Shown here in pieces: positions 52,252 to 64,000 of a DNA stretch of 64,000 nucleotides (the stretch's first letter is position 1; each line of letters begins with the position of its first letter). The stretch lies in assembly GCA_965112155.1 (NCBI GenBank), contig OZ218102.1; one strand, 5' to 3'. The notes under the pieces were generated by a model. The model worked only from the letters and a program-made list of their open reading frames with translations, was not told the origin of the DNA and ran no database searches. The position numbers were made by a program, and so were the translations under genes. This DNA comes from Podarcis liolepis (taxonomy: Eukaryota).

Positions 52252-54870
52252 CTCAGTTAGTCAATATCCTAGTGGTGCAGGGGTAAAACTGCTATCACAT
52301 TTGCAAAGCTAAGCAGGGTCCAGTATGGTTTCAAATTGAATGGGAAACCCCTTGTTGAACTTCCTGCATTGCAGGGGGTTGGACTAGATGATGCTCAGTG
52401 TCCTTTCCAACTCTACAATTTTCTGATTCTACTATGAGAGTGATGACAGTGATTCCCAATTCCAGTCACAATAGCCCTCAATCAGGAAATAGTACCTTAC
52501 ACCATTGCGAGGAAGGACAAGGGCAGCAGTCATGTGACTCCCCACCCCCAATATTCTGAAATGGTGCAGTCCAGGAAAAGCTTGTTTTCCTGTGATTCTG
52601 CTATTTGGATTAAACCAGCCCTGAGCCTATTGGGAACAGGGGTTTAAACACACTTCTTTAGCACTTGCGCATATGAGTGTCTAGAGCAGCAGCTGATAAC
52701 AGCAGATGTGTGACCCAATATGTTATTTCATTATGTTTACAATGGCCAGTTAATGGACAGCTTAGCCTGAAGGAAGGGTGTACTTGGAGGACTTGCCTGT
52801 CAATCATTAATAAAATGTATTGAAATAGCAAGGATGAGACTACTATACTACACTGCACAACCTTTAAACAGCCTGCAAATGTTGAAGGGCTCGCTCCTTC
52901 AGAATGTTGAATGTTGCATCCTGATATATCAAATAATGCTGTGCTTTTGATGATGATTATGAGTCTCCTTTTTTCTATTTACACTATTTCAACTCAAAAT
53001 TAAAATTAAAAAAACCAGACCAAAGGAAGAACACCCCCAAGAGCTGATGTGAATTCTTGCCTGGCAAAGTCAAAGCAGCAGCTTATGCTACCAGGATATT
53101 TCTTGCATAGCCAGCAATCTGAGTTCAGTATTTCTTCAGGGACACTTGTTTTAGTATCGACCTAAAACAGCAATAGATTTTGATTTCCCGTTACCTTGGG
53201 AAGATATGCTGCTTTCTTTTTTACTTTTTTTTAAAGGAGCCTTTTACAGGCCAGAAAGTTTCCATTTCATCTTTAGGAGAAAGAGAGGAAGGACGGAAGG
53301 AAGACAGACAGACAAAAATTGACAGGAAAATTTGGATTAAAAAATGAAGTGTTCTATACATCTGTCTCAGCAATTATAAATAGTTGTGCTGAAGATATGT
53401 TATTGCTGTACCTGCAGTGCTATTTTACTAGAAGAGGAGGTGCCCAAACTCATGATGAACGCCTCCCTTGTTCTCTTAGAATGGCAATAGTGCCCACCTG
53501 AGAGATGCTGGAACGGAGTTCTGGAGTGTTCTGGAGAGTTCCAGTTGAGAAAAAGCCCTGTGCACCTACCTGGAGTTCTGTTGCAGCAGCTATGGAGATG
53601 TGTTAACCATAACCACTCTTGGTGACGTGTAAACAGGGCATTAGTGACCTTTTGGCTCTTCAGGAACAACAGAGACATAGGTGGGCAGCCAGAGGTTTTA
53701 AAGGGCATCACAATTCCTGCCTGCATGACTCCCATGACCCTACTCCGTGAACACATGAATAGTGAACATATGATGGAGGAGAGAGAGCACGCCTGCTGTT
53801 TCCACCCACAAAACTGAGCCAACCTACTGGCCCTCCTCCAAAGTCTGCGCATTAGAAAAAGCTAATTAAATATTACATGTATAATCGGTAAACAGTATTT
53901 GCCGAGAGGAATAATTTCCAGTGGAATGTTTGAGAAACAGGATGTTCGCTGCATTGAAGAGTGCTTGGGAACTTGTCCAAGTACTGTTGCTTTTAATGAG
54001 AGGAATTCTATTATGAGACATTATTTGTAAAAGGCTTAATTCCACACTGCAGAGAGAGCAGAGCTTTGTTTACAAGGTGCCTCAATACAGAGAGCTCTGT
54101 ACTTGGAGAACTTATATATGAGGGCTTTCTGCCTAGCCACATATGACTCAATTGAGTAATCTAAAATTGTTTCTGAAACCAGATCCCAACAGATACGGGC
54201 TGAGAAGTGGAGGCTGCAATCCTATATATGGTTACCTGGGAGTAGGGATGGGGTTCATTGCTTTTCTCAGTCTGCTTTTGTGGCTTTGTCATGGTTGCTT
54301 GGTCCATGACCACACTGAACTGCTCATCCAGTGCTGGCTTATTCCGCAGCCTGAATGCGGACATTGAACTTGGTTCTGATGTCGATCTTTACCATTTTGG
54401 CCGAAAAATTGTTAATACAAATCATCTGCCCCCAGGGCGCACAAAGATGGCTCTTGTGTTTTGAGCCACCTCATAGCAGAGTCCTGTCTTAGTCTCACAG
54501 TGGGATCCTGTCTTTGGACACAAGTGCCACTGAACTCAGTGAAACTTACCCCTGAGTAAACATGCAAAGATTGTGCTTTGACTCTTTGATCCTTTGGGGC
54601 AGTTGCTGTTTTGCTTTCTCTGGGGGTTCCCAGTGTTTCTTAAAGCAATAGTAAGTTCTTATAACTTGGAGTTTCTCCAAACTTCTGAATCTGCTCCCCC
54701 TTTCTAAATCTAAATGAATCTTACTGGCACTCCTCCGCTCAGTACAACTCTTCTGCAAACATGTACAAAATTAAAATGCTGGGGTCATAAAATACTATAT
54801 CAAGCAGTATTTCAGAAGAGAGGTGCAGCCCCTTCCCTCTGCCCTAAAATAACAAATATTTTTGCTTGTG

Positions 54871-54917
<47 letters not shown>

Positions 54918-55196
54918 AACATTTGTATCCCACTGTTCCTTATATGGTGGGAGGCTGTGGTGGCACTATCTATAAGCAGCAGCTCACATCAATATTTGAA
55001 ATATAGGTACATTGTCTTAACAAAGCAATTTAAAAGATGCTAGAGATTGTCTTAGTCATTTAAAACCACTAAAATCTATAGGATCAACACCTACCATTTC
55101 AAAGCAGGTAAACTCAAAGCTTGCTTTAAATGCAAAGATGGCAGAAAACGGGCAGAGAGAGAGTCAATTGGGCATCTATTGGAAGAAAATCCCATA

Positions 55197-55432
55197 CAGT
55201 GGTACCTCGGGTTAAGAACTTTATTTGTTCCGGAGGTCCGTTTTTAACCTGAAACTGTTCTTAACCTGAGGTACCACTTTAGCTAATGGGGCCTCCCGCT
55301 GCGCTGCCGCCGCACAATTTCTGTTCTCATCCTGAAGCAAAGTTCTTAACCCGAGGTACTATTTCTGGGTTAGCGGAGTCTGTAACCTGAAGTGTCTGTA
55401 GCCTGAAGCGTCTGTAACCCAAGGTACCACTG
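55197..55432. mobile_element. Tc1/mariner-type MITE (reverse orientation)
   Basis: Reverse complement of the 15255 family. Confidence 0.85.
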
Positions 55433-55561
55433 TTGTTTCTGCATGCAGCCACAGAGCTGGCTCTTTCTCTCGTGCATCCGGTCTTACCTAGCCATAGTCA
55501 GGAAACAGAGAAGAACCTTCCCTTCAGATAATGGTAACATATGATAAAGGGTCTTCATATA

Positions 55562-55803
55562 CAGTGGTACCTCGGGTTACATACGCTTCAGGTTACATAC
55601 GCTTCAGGTTACAGACTCCGCTAACCCAGAAATAGTGCTTCAGGTTAAGAACTTTGCTTCAGGATAAGAACAGAAATTGGGTTCCGGTGGCGTGGCGGCA
55701 GCAGGAGGCCCCATTAGCTAAAGTGGTGCTTCTGGTTAAGAACAGTTTCAGGTTAAGAACGGACCTCAGGAACGAATTCAGTACTTAACCCGAGGTGCCA
55801 CTG
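55562..55803. mobile_element. Tc1/mariner-type MITE
   Basis: TA-flanked; same family as 15255. Confidence 0.85.
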
Positions 55804-56459
55804 TAAATGTTTCTGTTTCTGTACACACACTTTTTTTGTTTTTGACTGGGAAGAGTGGCAAATCTCCCAAGTCAGTTTTTTTGTTATGGCTTGTGTGTCT
55901 GTCTAGGGGCGAGGTCTGTTCCATGTCTGAACTAAAACCCGGTTGGACATAGTATAATACCCCTTAATTCCAGAGAAGAACATAACGGTGGTGGGTTATT
56001 GGTTGACATTGTCTGAATGTCAAGGTGGGAAACAGAGCGTTTGACCTAGAGGAGCTGTATGTCTCCCTGTGTTGAATGTTCTAGGTCAGGTGTGTCAGAT
56101 TACTAAAAACCTTTTCATAGGTGTCGATTCTACATCATGTGGGGAAATAATATATACAAAGGTTGTGTGTTTTTATAGAGAACTACTGAGAACAGCTTGT
56201 AGCTTATGTGCACTATGTCATGATTTGTCCTCCCCCCCTCCGAAAATAGCACTGGATATATCATTATTTATTAATTATATTAAGTTGTATGGAAACCCTA
56301 TATTTTGCAAACAATCCTCAGCAGAAATATTTTTCAAAGCTTCATTGTCCTGCTCATTATGTTAGATCTTATTTCAAAAAGTTAGGGAATCAATATGGGC
56401 TGTTGACCATTCCGTCTTTTATGTAATGAAGCAACTATGCAAATAAAATGGAGGGGGAT

Positions 56460-56568
56460 AAATCAAGTTAAGCCAACCGCTATCTAACATGAACATATAT
56501 ATCAAATAACACATACTATAAATGGACCCTTTTAGCGCTTCTGCAGTATTCGGTGTTGGAAGAAGAAG
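56460..56568 (+). promoter_or_regulatory. Probable promoter and non-coding exon 1 of collectin gene 6
   Basis: TCAAGT at 56463, TATAAA at 56517, donor aag|gtaagt at 56568. The TATA-to-donor spacing (about 52 nt) matches SFTPA. Confidence 0.5.
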
Positions 56569-57250
56569 GTAAGTCAAACTGCTCTGTTTTAGGCTGAAAT
56601 CCTATATAAGCCCCATTTAACTTCATGAAATTTCTTATATATGTGGATTGTGTTGTTAGTGTAGCATTAACATTTCTCAGGTTGCATGCTTACTTTGGAG
56701 TAAGGTCATTGGACTCAGTTAAATTTACTTCTGGGTAAAGATGAATAAAATTAGAGTGCTCTTTTAGATTTTCCCTCTTCTTTCAATTCATTCCAATCAA
56801 ATTTTATTGAGAATATCTATTTATTTTTGAAAGCATTTATATATAATGTTTTTAAAAGCTCTAAGAGCATCATAACAACAATCAGTAGAGAAATCCTATA
56901 TAAAGAAGACAGCTGCAGGCGGGAAGGGCATCAATTCATCTTCAAGAAAAATACCATAATAAATGGATCCTTACGGGCACTTACTTCTGAGTTGTGCCAC
57001 CATATTCTCACAAGGAAGTTAGTTTATTAATGTAAATTTTACAAAGATGAGCAGAACCAAGAGCATATAACAAGTGCATACTCCATTGGGGGCAGTGGCT
57101 AGGTTTGCCTTTTATGAACTCCATGTCACCTAGCAGCCAATAACACTCAATAGAATGAGTCGGAGATGAAGGGTGGGAGCAAGCAAAGCTGGGCCGGCTT
57201 CTCAAGGCACTAAAGTAATACAATACAAAGTTGTGACTAGCATCATCATT

Positions 57251-57571
57251 NNNNNNNNNNNNNNNNNNNNNNNNNNNNNNNNNNNNNNNNNNNNNNNNNN
57301 NNNNNNNNNNNNNNNNNNNNNNNNNNNNNNNNNNNNNNNNNNNNNNNNNNNNNNNNNNNNNNNNNNNNNNNNNNNNNNNNNNNNNNNNNNNNNNNNNNNN
57401 NNNNNNNNNNNNNNNNNNNNNNNNNNNNNNNNNNNNNNNNNNNNNNNNNNNNNNNNNNNNNNNNNNNNNNNNNNNNNNNNNNNNNNNNNNNNNNNNNNNN
57501 NNNNNNNNNNNNNNNNNNNNNNNNNNNNNNNNNNNNNNNNNNNNNNNNNNNNNNNNNNNNNNNNNNNNNNN
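57251..57571. other. Assembly gap
   Basis: Run of N. Confidence 1.
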
Positions 57572-58459
57572 CTTTTTTGGGCAAAGGCACACTTGTTTGA
57601 TGAAAAAAATCTCGCGGCACACCACCATTACAGCCCCATGACGTCAGCGCGCAGCGTCACGCCGGGAGGGACGCACGAAAGTTAAAGTTTTCAATTTTTT
57701 TCCCTCCCCCTTGCCGGGGAACCTCCAAGCTTTGGGGGTGGGGGGGGAGGAGGCAGCAAAGCGAGGGACTGAGGGACCCTAACCCTAACCCTCACCGATC
57801 ACCCGGGAAAGCATGCGAACGAGGAGCCCCCGTGTCCTGCTCCCGGCAGCGGACGGCACAAAGCGAGGAGGCCTGGACAAGGCAGCACGCTCCCCGCTCT
57901 CGCTGCATCGGGGCTTTTCTCCTCCAGGCCGCTTTCGAAGTCCCCTTCTCCGCTCCCAAGAGCCGGAGCCGCTGCTTCCAGGCCCTGTCCGAGCCCCGAC
58001 TTGTGGCCTCACTTTGAGGAGCGCCTGTTGCTGGGGACGGGGCTGCATCCCCCTCAGCCGCCGCCTCGCTTCCTTCCAGGAGACCCGACGGCTCCCCCTC
58101 TCCCGCTCGCCCTCCTGCGCCCGCAGCAGACCGAGACCTCCCCGCCCCCGCCCGGCTCGGCCCTACCTGGGCGCCTCCAAGCCCGGCCGGCTCCGCGTCG
58201 CGCTCCACGCCGGGCAGCTGCAGCGGGGGCGCGCGGCGGCCCGGCTGAGCGCGCCCCGGAGCCGCCGCGCCGTCGCTCGCGAGTCCCTCCGAGAGCCCTC
58301 GGGACTGACTCCGGAGTCGCGAGGCGGCGCGTCGCCCAGGGAAGGGGCGGCTTCCCACAAGTCCTCCGGGAAGCAAACGCCCTCGCCCGCCTCCCTCCAG
58401 GCAACATCTCGCGGCACACCAGGCAACATCTCACGGCACACTAGTGTGCCGCAGAACAC
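57572..58459. mobile_element. GC/CpG-rich island between two gaps, with hAT-like subterminal motifs
   Basis: Repeated (g/a)cggcacac motifs at both ends and a cggcacactagtgtgccg palindrome; the TIRs and TSD would fall inside the gaps. Confidence 0.55.
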
Positions 58460-58671
58460 NNNNNNNNNNNNNNNNNNNNNNNNNNNNNNNNNNNNNNNNN
58501 NNNNNNNNNNNNNNNNNNNNNNNNNNNNNNNNNNNNNNNNNNNNNNNNNNNNNNNNNNNNNNNNNNNNNNNNNNNNNNNNNNNNNNNNNNNNNNNNNNNN
58601 NNNNNNNNNNNNNNNNNNNNNNNNNNNNNNNNNNNNNNNNNNNNNNNNNNNNNNNNNNNNNNNNNNNNNNN
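58460..58671. other. Assembly gap
   Basis: Run of N. Confidence 1.
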
Positions 58672-58911
58672 TCTTTTGATTGTAATTTTTTCCCATTGAT
58701 TTTAATATTGTCATTTTATATTGTTGTAACTAGGGATGGGGGGAAATACAATTCAGTTTAAAGGCAAACCTACCCAATTCACACTATCCAGAAGCAAAAT
58801 GGTGAAAAAGGAAATAACAGAATAAAATTATTGTGATGCACCTACACCTGATAAATCTCTCTCCCCACCCCCACCCACCCCCACCCCACTTCATTTAGCT
58901 GATTGAAAAGG

Positions 58912-59002
58912 ATGCCTTCATCCCAGTTGGTTCATATCCTCGTGGCAGTGGCTGCTCTGCTTGTAACCAGTGATGCTCAGGAAACATGTCCACAACTTAT
59001 AG
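58912..59002 (+). CDS. Collectin gene 6 (SP-A/lung-lectin-like), coding exon 1: signal peptide plus one Cys
   Basis: Acceptor tttag at 58898. MPSSQLVHILVAVAALLVTSDAQETCPQLI; phase-1 donor g|gtaagc. Confidence 0.72.
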
Positions 59003-59694
59003 GTAAGCTTGGATATAATCAAGGGCCTGGGGGATGTGAGCAGGAGGATGTGAAGTGTCTGCGTTTCACAACTGAATTTAACAGGAATATGTTCAAGAGA
59101 AAATGATTTCCACATTCTTAAAATCCAAATGCATGCTTTATATGGAGTAAAACTGGAAGGTTACTGATTGATTACATGGTCATATCAAAAGACACATGAA
59201 TCTGGACCATGTGGAAAGCTCATGGTCTGTACCATTTGGACCTGTGCTTTTTTGGATTCCCTCCCTGCTCCCCTGGGAACAGCTTCCCTAGATTGCTTCA
59301 GCATCCTATTCTTGTAGTTAGAGTTTGCCTACAGGACAAACTAATCCACATCTGTTATGGATGTGGAGCCAAACCAAATACTACAGACAAGCAACCTGCT
59401 TATCCTTTCCCAGCATTTCTCCAAAATGTACAAACTTTCTTTTTAACTAAAAGGCAATTGACATTATACAGAGGGATAAGATTCTAGTGTGCTTCTGCAG
59501 ACCACCTTTAAGGTGCTGTGCTTGTAATGCAAATGTTTGAAACCCCTCAAAAGAGAATTCCTTCTTTGTTGCATTTTGGTCAGTTCTAATTTGTGGGGAA
59601 CGTTTAAGTAGTTCTAAAGATGAATGTGAAATAAATGCAGACGGTCTTTAACGTGTGTGCCAGGTTTTCATCCTTCTATTTTTCACTTCAGCAG

Positions 59695-59775
59695 GTCCTC
59701 CAGGTCCTCCTGGACACCCTGGACCACAAGGGTTAAAGGGCAGACAAGGCGAGAAGGGAGATCATGGGATACCAG
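59695..59775 (+). CDS. Collectin gene 6, collagen exon (81 nt, 9 triplets)
   Basis: ttcagcag| GPPGPPGHPGPQGLKGRQGEKGDHGIP |gtgact. No neck or CRD exon was found before the window end. Confidence 0.8.
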
Positions 59776-61467
59776 GTGACTATGGGTATCATCTTTAAAA
59801 TAGCATTTTAGTCCAAGTGTTTGCCTTCAGGTAGATTTTACATGCGTGGAGGTTGAACAAGGAACTGTGTGCCACTTGGCCCTGTCTCTTGCATCGTATG
59901 TCCTACCAGCTCTTTCCACAACATATGCACATTTAGTGCAACGTCTAAAAAGATAAACCTACAAACTGTATGCACCTGGTCTCTCGTATGACTGGAAATC
60001 CTAGTCACACAAATTTATGTTTGTAGGCTCCCTTTTTCAGAGGTCACACTAAATGCTTGGATGTTGGAGTGGAAGTGACGAGCTGTATGGAATTGGGGTG
60101 GAGCCAACAGACATAGTCCTACTCTCCCTAGCATGTGCTTCTTCCAGTCCTAGGATAAGGCTTGGAGATACTTGGAGCTGCCACCTTGCTGAAGCTAAGC
60201 AGGCCAAGGTCTGCTCACTGCTTGGATGGGTGACCACTTGGCAACCTCATGGATGCCACAATGGTTTCAGTGATGGTGGAATAAAGGCAGGATATAACTG
60301 AAAGAAAATAAAAATAAATTTGCTATGTGCATGGAGGCAAAAGTCTGATTCGGATCTTTGTGCTTGTCTAAGGTTGAGATTAGAGATGTTGGGAAATTTC
60401 ACAGTAATTGAACTTGAATGCGAGTTTTGCCATGTTCACTCTTTGCCAGTGTGGTGTAGTGGTTAAGAGCGATAGACACGTAATCTGGGGAACCGGGTTC
60501 GCATCTCCACTCCTCCACATGCAGCTGCTGGGTGACCTTGGGCCAGTCACACTTCTCTGAAGTCTCTCACCCCCACTCACCTCACAGTGTGTTTGTTGTG
60601 GGGGAGGAAGGAAAAGCAGATTGTTAGCCGCTTTGAGGCTCCTTAGGGTAGTGATTAAGTGTGATATCAAATCCAAACTCTTCTCTTCTTTGCCAATTGT
60701 CCAAGCCACTCAGGTTTCATGCAAGTGCTAACAATATTTTATGGTACTAGATTAAAAAAAATAATAATAATCATGAATTTAACGACAATGATTTTGAACC
60801 CTGGCTATTATGCTAATGGTGCTCTGTTTGATGTTTGGAGTTACTGTCTGAGCTGATGTGATGAAATGTATATTCCATTGAACTCTGTGTTATTGAGGTT
60901 TGATGGTAGCCATTAATATTCATATTAATATTCTGTCTCTCTGCATATATTATATGACTGGGATGAGCGGATAAGGTAGTAAAGCTTAATAGTACTAGTC
61001 TGTGCTTTTTTCCTAGAAAAACCATGAAGTTGTTACAGTAAGTGACACACTTTACAACAACAAAAGAGGTGCAGGTACTGAGTACCCCTGAGTACCTCCT
61101 TTAAAAACCACTGGCACTAGTACATAAAGGAATTTGTGTGTGTGTGTGTGTGTGTGTGTTTTTAAAGAAATAATGGTTCTCTGATCATCTCCCAGAAGTA
61201 GCTGAGGTAATCCTACCAATGAAATGGCTCGCTAATCTGCAAAATCACAATTGCTTAGACATTAATGCCCCGAGGAACAAAAGTATCATAACCAGACAGA
61301 GGAGCGTGGAGGAGAGATGGCAGTGGATGGAAGCAAAAATATGGCCTATACTGTAAATTACTACACTGGGTTTTGCATCCAGCATAGTTCACAGTCACAA
61401 TATGAAGTTACGATAAGGACGCATTATAAGTACGGGAGAAGAGAGCACAGCACTACAAGGCTTAAAG

Positions 61468-62192
61468 CATGGGTAGGCAAACTAAGGCCCAGGGGCTGGA
61501 TCCAGCCCAATCGCCTTCTAAATCCAGCCTGTGGACGGTCCGTGAATCAGCGTGTTTTTACATGAGTAGAATGTGTCCTTTTATTTAAAATGTGTCTCTG
61601 GGTTATTTGTGGGGCCTGCCTGGTGTTTTTACATGAGTAGAATGTGTCCTTTTACAGTGGTACCTCGCAAGACGAATGCCTCGCAGGACGAAAAACGCGC
61701 AAGACGAAAGAGTTTTCCATTTTTTGAGTCGTTCCGCAAGACGAATTTCCCTATAGGCTTGCTTCGCAAGACGAAACGTCTTGCGAGTTCTTGCGAGTTT
61801 GTTTCCTTTTTCTTAAAGCCGTTAAGCCGCTAAGCCGTTAATAGCCGCTAAGCCGCTAAGCCGTTAATAGCCGCTAAGCCGCTAATAGCCGCTAAGCCGC
61901 TAATAGCCATGCTTCGCAAGACGAAAAAACCGCAAGACGAAGAGACTCGCGGAACGGATTAATTTCATCTTGCAAGGCACCACTGTATTTAAAATGCGTC
62001 TCTGGGTTATTTGTCGGGCCTGCTTGGTGTTTTTACATGAGTAGAATGTGTGCTTTTATTTAAAATGCACCTCTGGGTTATTTGTGGGGCAAAGGAATTC
62101 ATTCATTTCCCCCCTCAAAATATAGTCCTGCCCCCCACAAGGTCTGAGGGACAGTGGACTGGCCCCCTGCTTAAGAAGTTTGCTGACCCGTG
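61468..62192. mobile_element. hAT element (37799 family) with a nested Tc1/mariner MITE at 61655-61985
   Basis: Exact TSD gcttaaag. The inner element is TA-flanked with cagtggtacctcgcaagacg TIRs and a gccgctaa/gccgttaata minisatellite. Confidence 0.85.
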
Positions 62193-63117
62193 GCTTAAAG
62201 TAAAACTACATAGACAGGGCACAACAACACAATGGAAGACTGAGCAAACTTTAAAACTGGCAAATAGTAAAACAAAGTGTTTTGTTCAGTTGCAAACACA
62301 AACCCCATTAGATTCCAAAAATATAGAAAGAGGTATGTCAGAATCAATGGGACACTGCAAGACAAACAAATCACAATACTCCTGGGGCATCCACCTGGTG
62401 ACTTGTTGATGGGCAATGAATAACAGAAGCAGTACAGTAAATAGTGATACCCATTACATAAGCAACGCCCACAACACTGTCAGGAGAGCTGGAAACAATA
62501 ATGTTATTTTCGCAAAACACCAGGTCAGGCCAAGATCGTACAAATTTAACAAAATGCAAACCACAGCCGACTGAGTCTGAGCTAGAATAAAATGATGAAA
62601 TGACAGAACATCAAACCCCATGCCTAGTGGGGATGGTCACCTTCTCTGGTTTTCACTAAGCACTTTGCCCCTTAACTAAATCCAGTGATAGGTGATCAGT
62701 CTCAATAATAAGGTGGGCACAGACCAGCAGCACATTATTATGAGATCATCAATTTCAAGGGGGAGACATCACGTGCTTTACTTTACAAATCGCTGAGGCA
62801 GCTGCTGGACATTCAAAGCACATCTCCCCTCCCTAAAGGACCCTGGGAAATGTTGTTTGGCCCTCACAGAGCTACAACTCAAAGCACTCTTAACAAACTA
62901 CCATTCCCAGTATACCTGGGCAGTGCATTTTTCTGGGGGGATGCAGGTGTACGAACACCCCAAAACATTTCGTGAATCTAAGTTTGGCCTCATTGAGGGG
63001 CAGTATTTCAATATAGGTAGGAAAATGAGAGTACCCCTAAACATTTTTTTAGAAAAAAAAGCACTGTACCTGGGTGGGTGGGTGCTTTAAATATGTGGCT
63101 TTGTATACAGCCTAAGT

Positions 63118-63373
63118 CAGGGGTCAGCAACCTAAGGCCCGTGGGCCAAAAGCGGCCTGCGGAGGTTGTTTGACCAGCCCACAAGCTGCCCCCAAACTGA
63201 GCCTCCTGCTCTCATGCTACGCTAAACGACGCAGTGCGGCACAGGGACTCGCTTCTGTGGGGGTCAAAAATTGGGTGTACGCAGACGCCGGAAATCCCGT
63301 GTGCGATCCAGCCCATGGAGGGATCTCTGCGGGACCGATCTGGCCCAGGCAAGATAAACCTTGCTGACCCCTG
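63118..63373. mobile_element. Non-autonomous hAT element
   Basis: TIRs caggggtcagcaa / ttgctgacccctg; TSD gcctaagt/ccctaagt. Confidence 0.8.
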
Positions 63374-64000
63374 CCCTAAGTGCTGCAGAAGTCTTTCTCC
63401 CAGCCACATGGAAAGATAAAAGAGCAAGGAACATGAGACCCGTGAGTGTAGGGTGGCATATAAATTTGATAAAAATAAAATAAAATAAATACTTGTGCTT
63501 CTTCTAGCTTGCAAACATAGCACTAAACTGTGGCCTACTGTGAACTGACATGTGGGTCCCCCCCTCTTCACTTTTATTCATTTGCTATTTTATGCACTCA
63601 CAAAACCCGCTCCCCATTTTCTCACCTTCTGGTGGATGCACTCCTTAATCTTTCAACTTCTTTCAGTACTGTTGATGTTTATAAAATTATAAATTTTTTA
63701 ATTGCCCTTGGCTTCAGCGCACTTAAGCTACACAATGTTCCTTAGGCTGTGGTCCAAACCCCTGGCTGGAAGTGGCAGGGCTTAAGGGAGTGGCATAGGC
63801 ACCGCCACATCCACAGCCATCAACCAGGGCGGAAGGAGCAGGGAAGATGCCCAGATTGGGTCTGTTGCTACATTCCCTGCCCCAAAATGCTTGTTTCAGG
63901 GCTGACCTGGGGTGTTCCTCACTAGCAGGGAGCGGGCAGGGCTGACGGGCACTGTCACCTCCTCCAGCTCAGCTGTTTAGTGCTCTGAAAATGTAACGAA

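Noticed and set aside
57776-57795. ccctaaccctaaccc resembles the telomerase RNA (TERC) template in a GC-rich region
   Set aside because: The downstream conserved pseudoknot blocks (gctgactttcagc and aaaaaatgtcagc) are absent; it is only 2.5 telomeric repeats.
57008-58761. Long ORFs containing X
   Set aside because: Artefacts of N gaps and GC-rich sequence.
60185-60245. 5S rRNA-like sequence (also near 2252, 33513, 52306)
   Set aside because: Short degenerate gaagctaagcagg fragments consistent with old 5S-derived SINEs, not rRNA genes.

Overview
This is vertebrate genomic DNA from a squamate reptile, probably a lacertid lizard (inferred from Sauria SINE, BovB, CR1 and lizard-type MITE content). 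It holds a tandem, all-plus-strand collectin (C-type lectin) cluster of the MBL/SFTPA/SFTPD type, and I reconstructed the exons by hand from splice sites and reading phase. Gene 1 is the last CRD exon of an upstream collectin (1-257). Gene 2 is an MBL-like collectin with an unkinked collagen stalk and a MASP-type motif (9261-12135, 248 aa). Gene 3 is a compact SP-D-like collectin with a very short collagen and WHD in place of WND (19406-24258, 246 aa). A decayed SP-A-like CRD pseudo-exon split by a SINE lies at about 27500-27840. Gene 4 is a probable MBL orthologue (30415-35090, 243 aa). Gene 5 is SFTPA with a full collagen domain and EPN (45056-51550, 248 aa). Gene 6 is the 5' part of an SP-A/lung-lectin-like gene (58912 onward), which continues beyond the window. 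The most unusual non-coding feature is a set of hAT-type non-autonomous DNA transposons carrying CpG-island-like host DNA. The best case is 4553-6335, with an exact 8-bp target-site duplication (TSD), two right ends and a captured exon-intron-exon structure (Pack-TIR-like capture). There are two assembly gaps near 57.3-58.7 kb.
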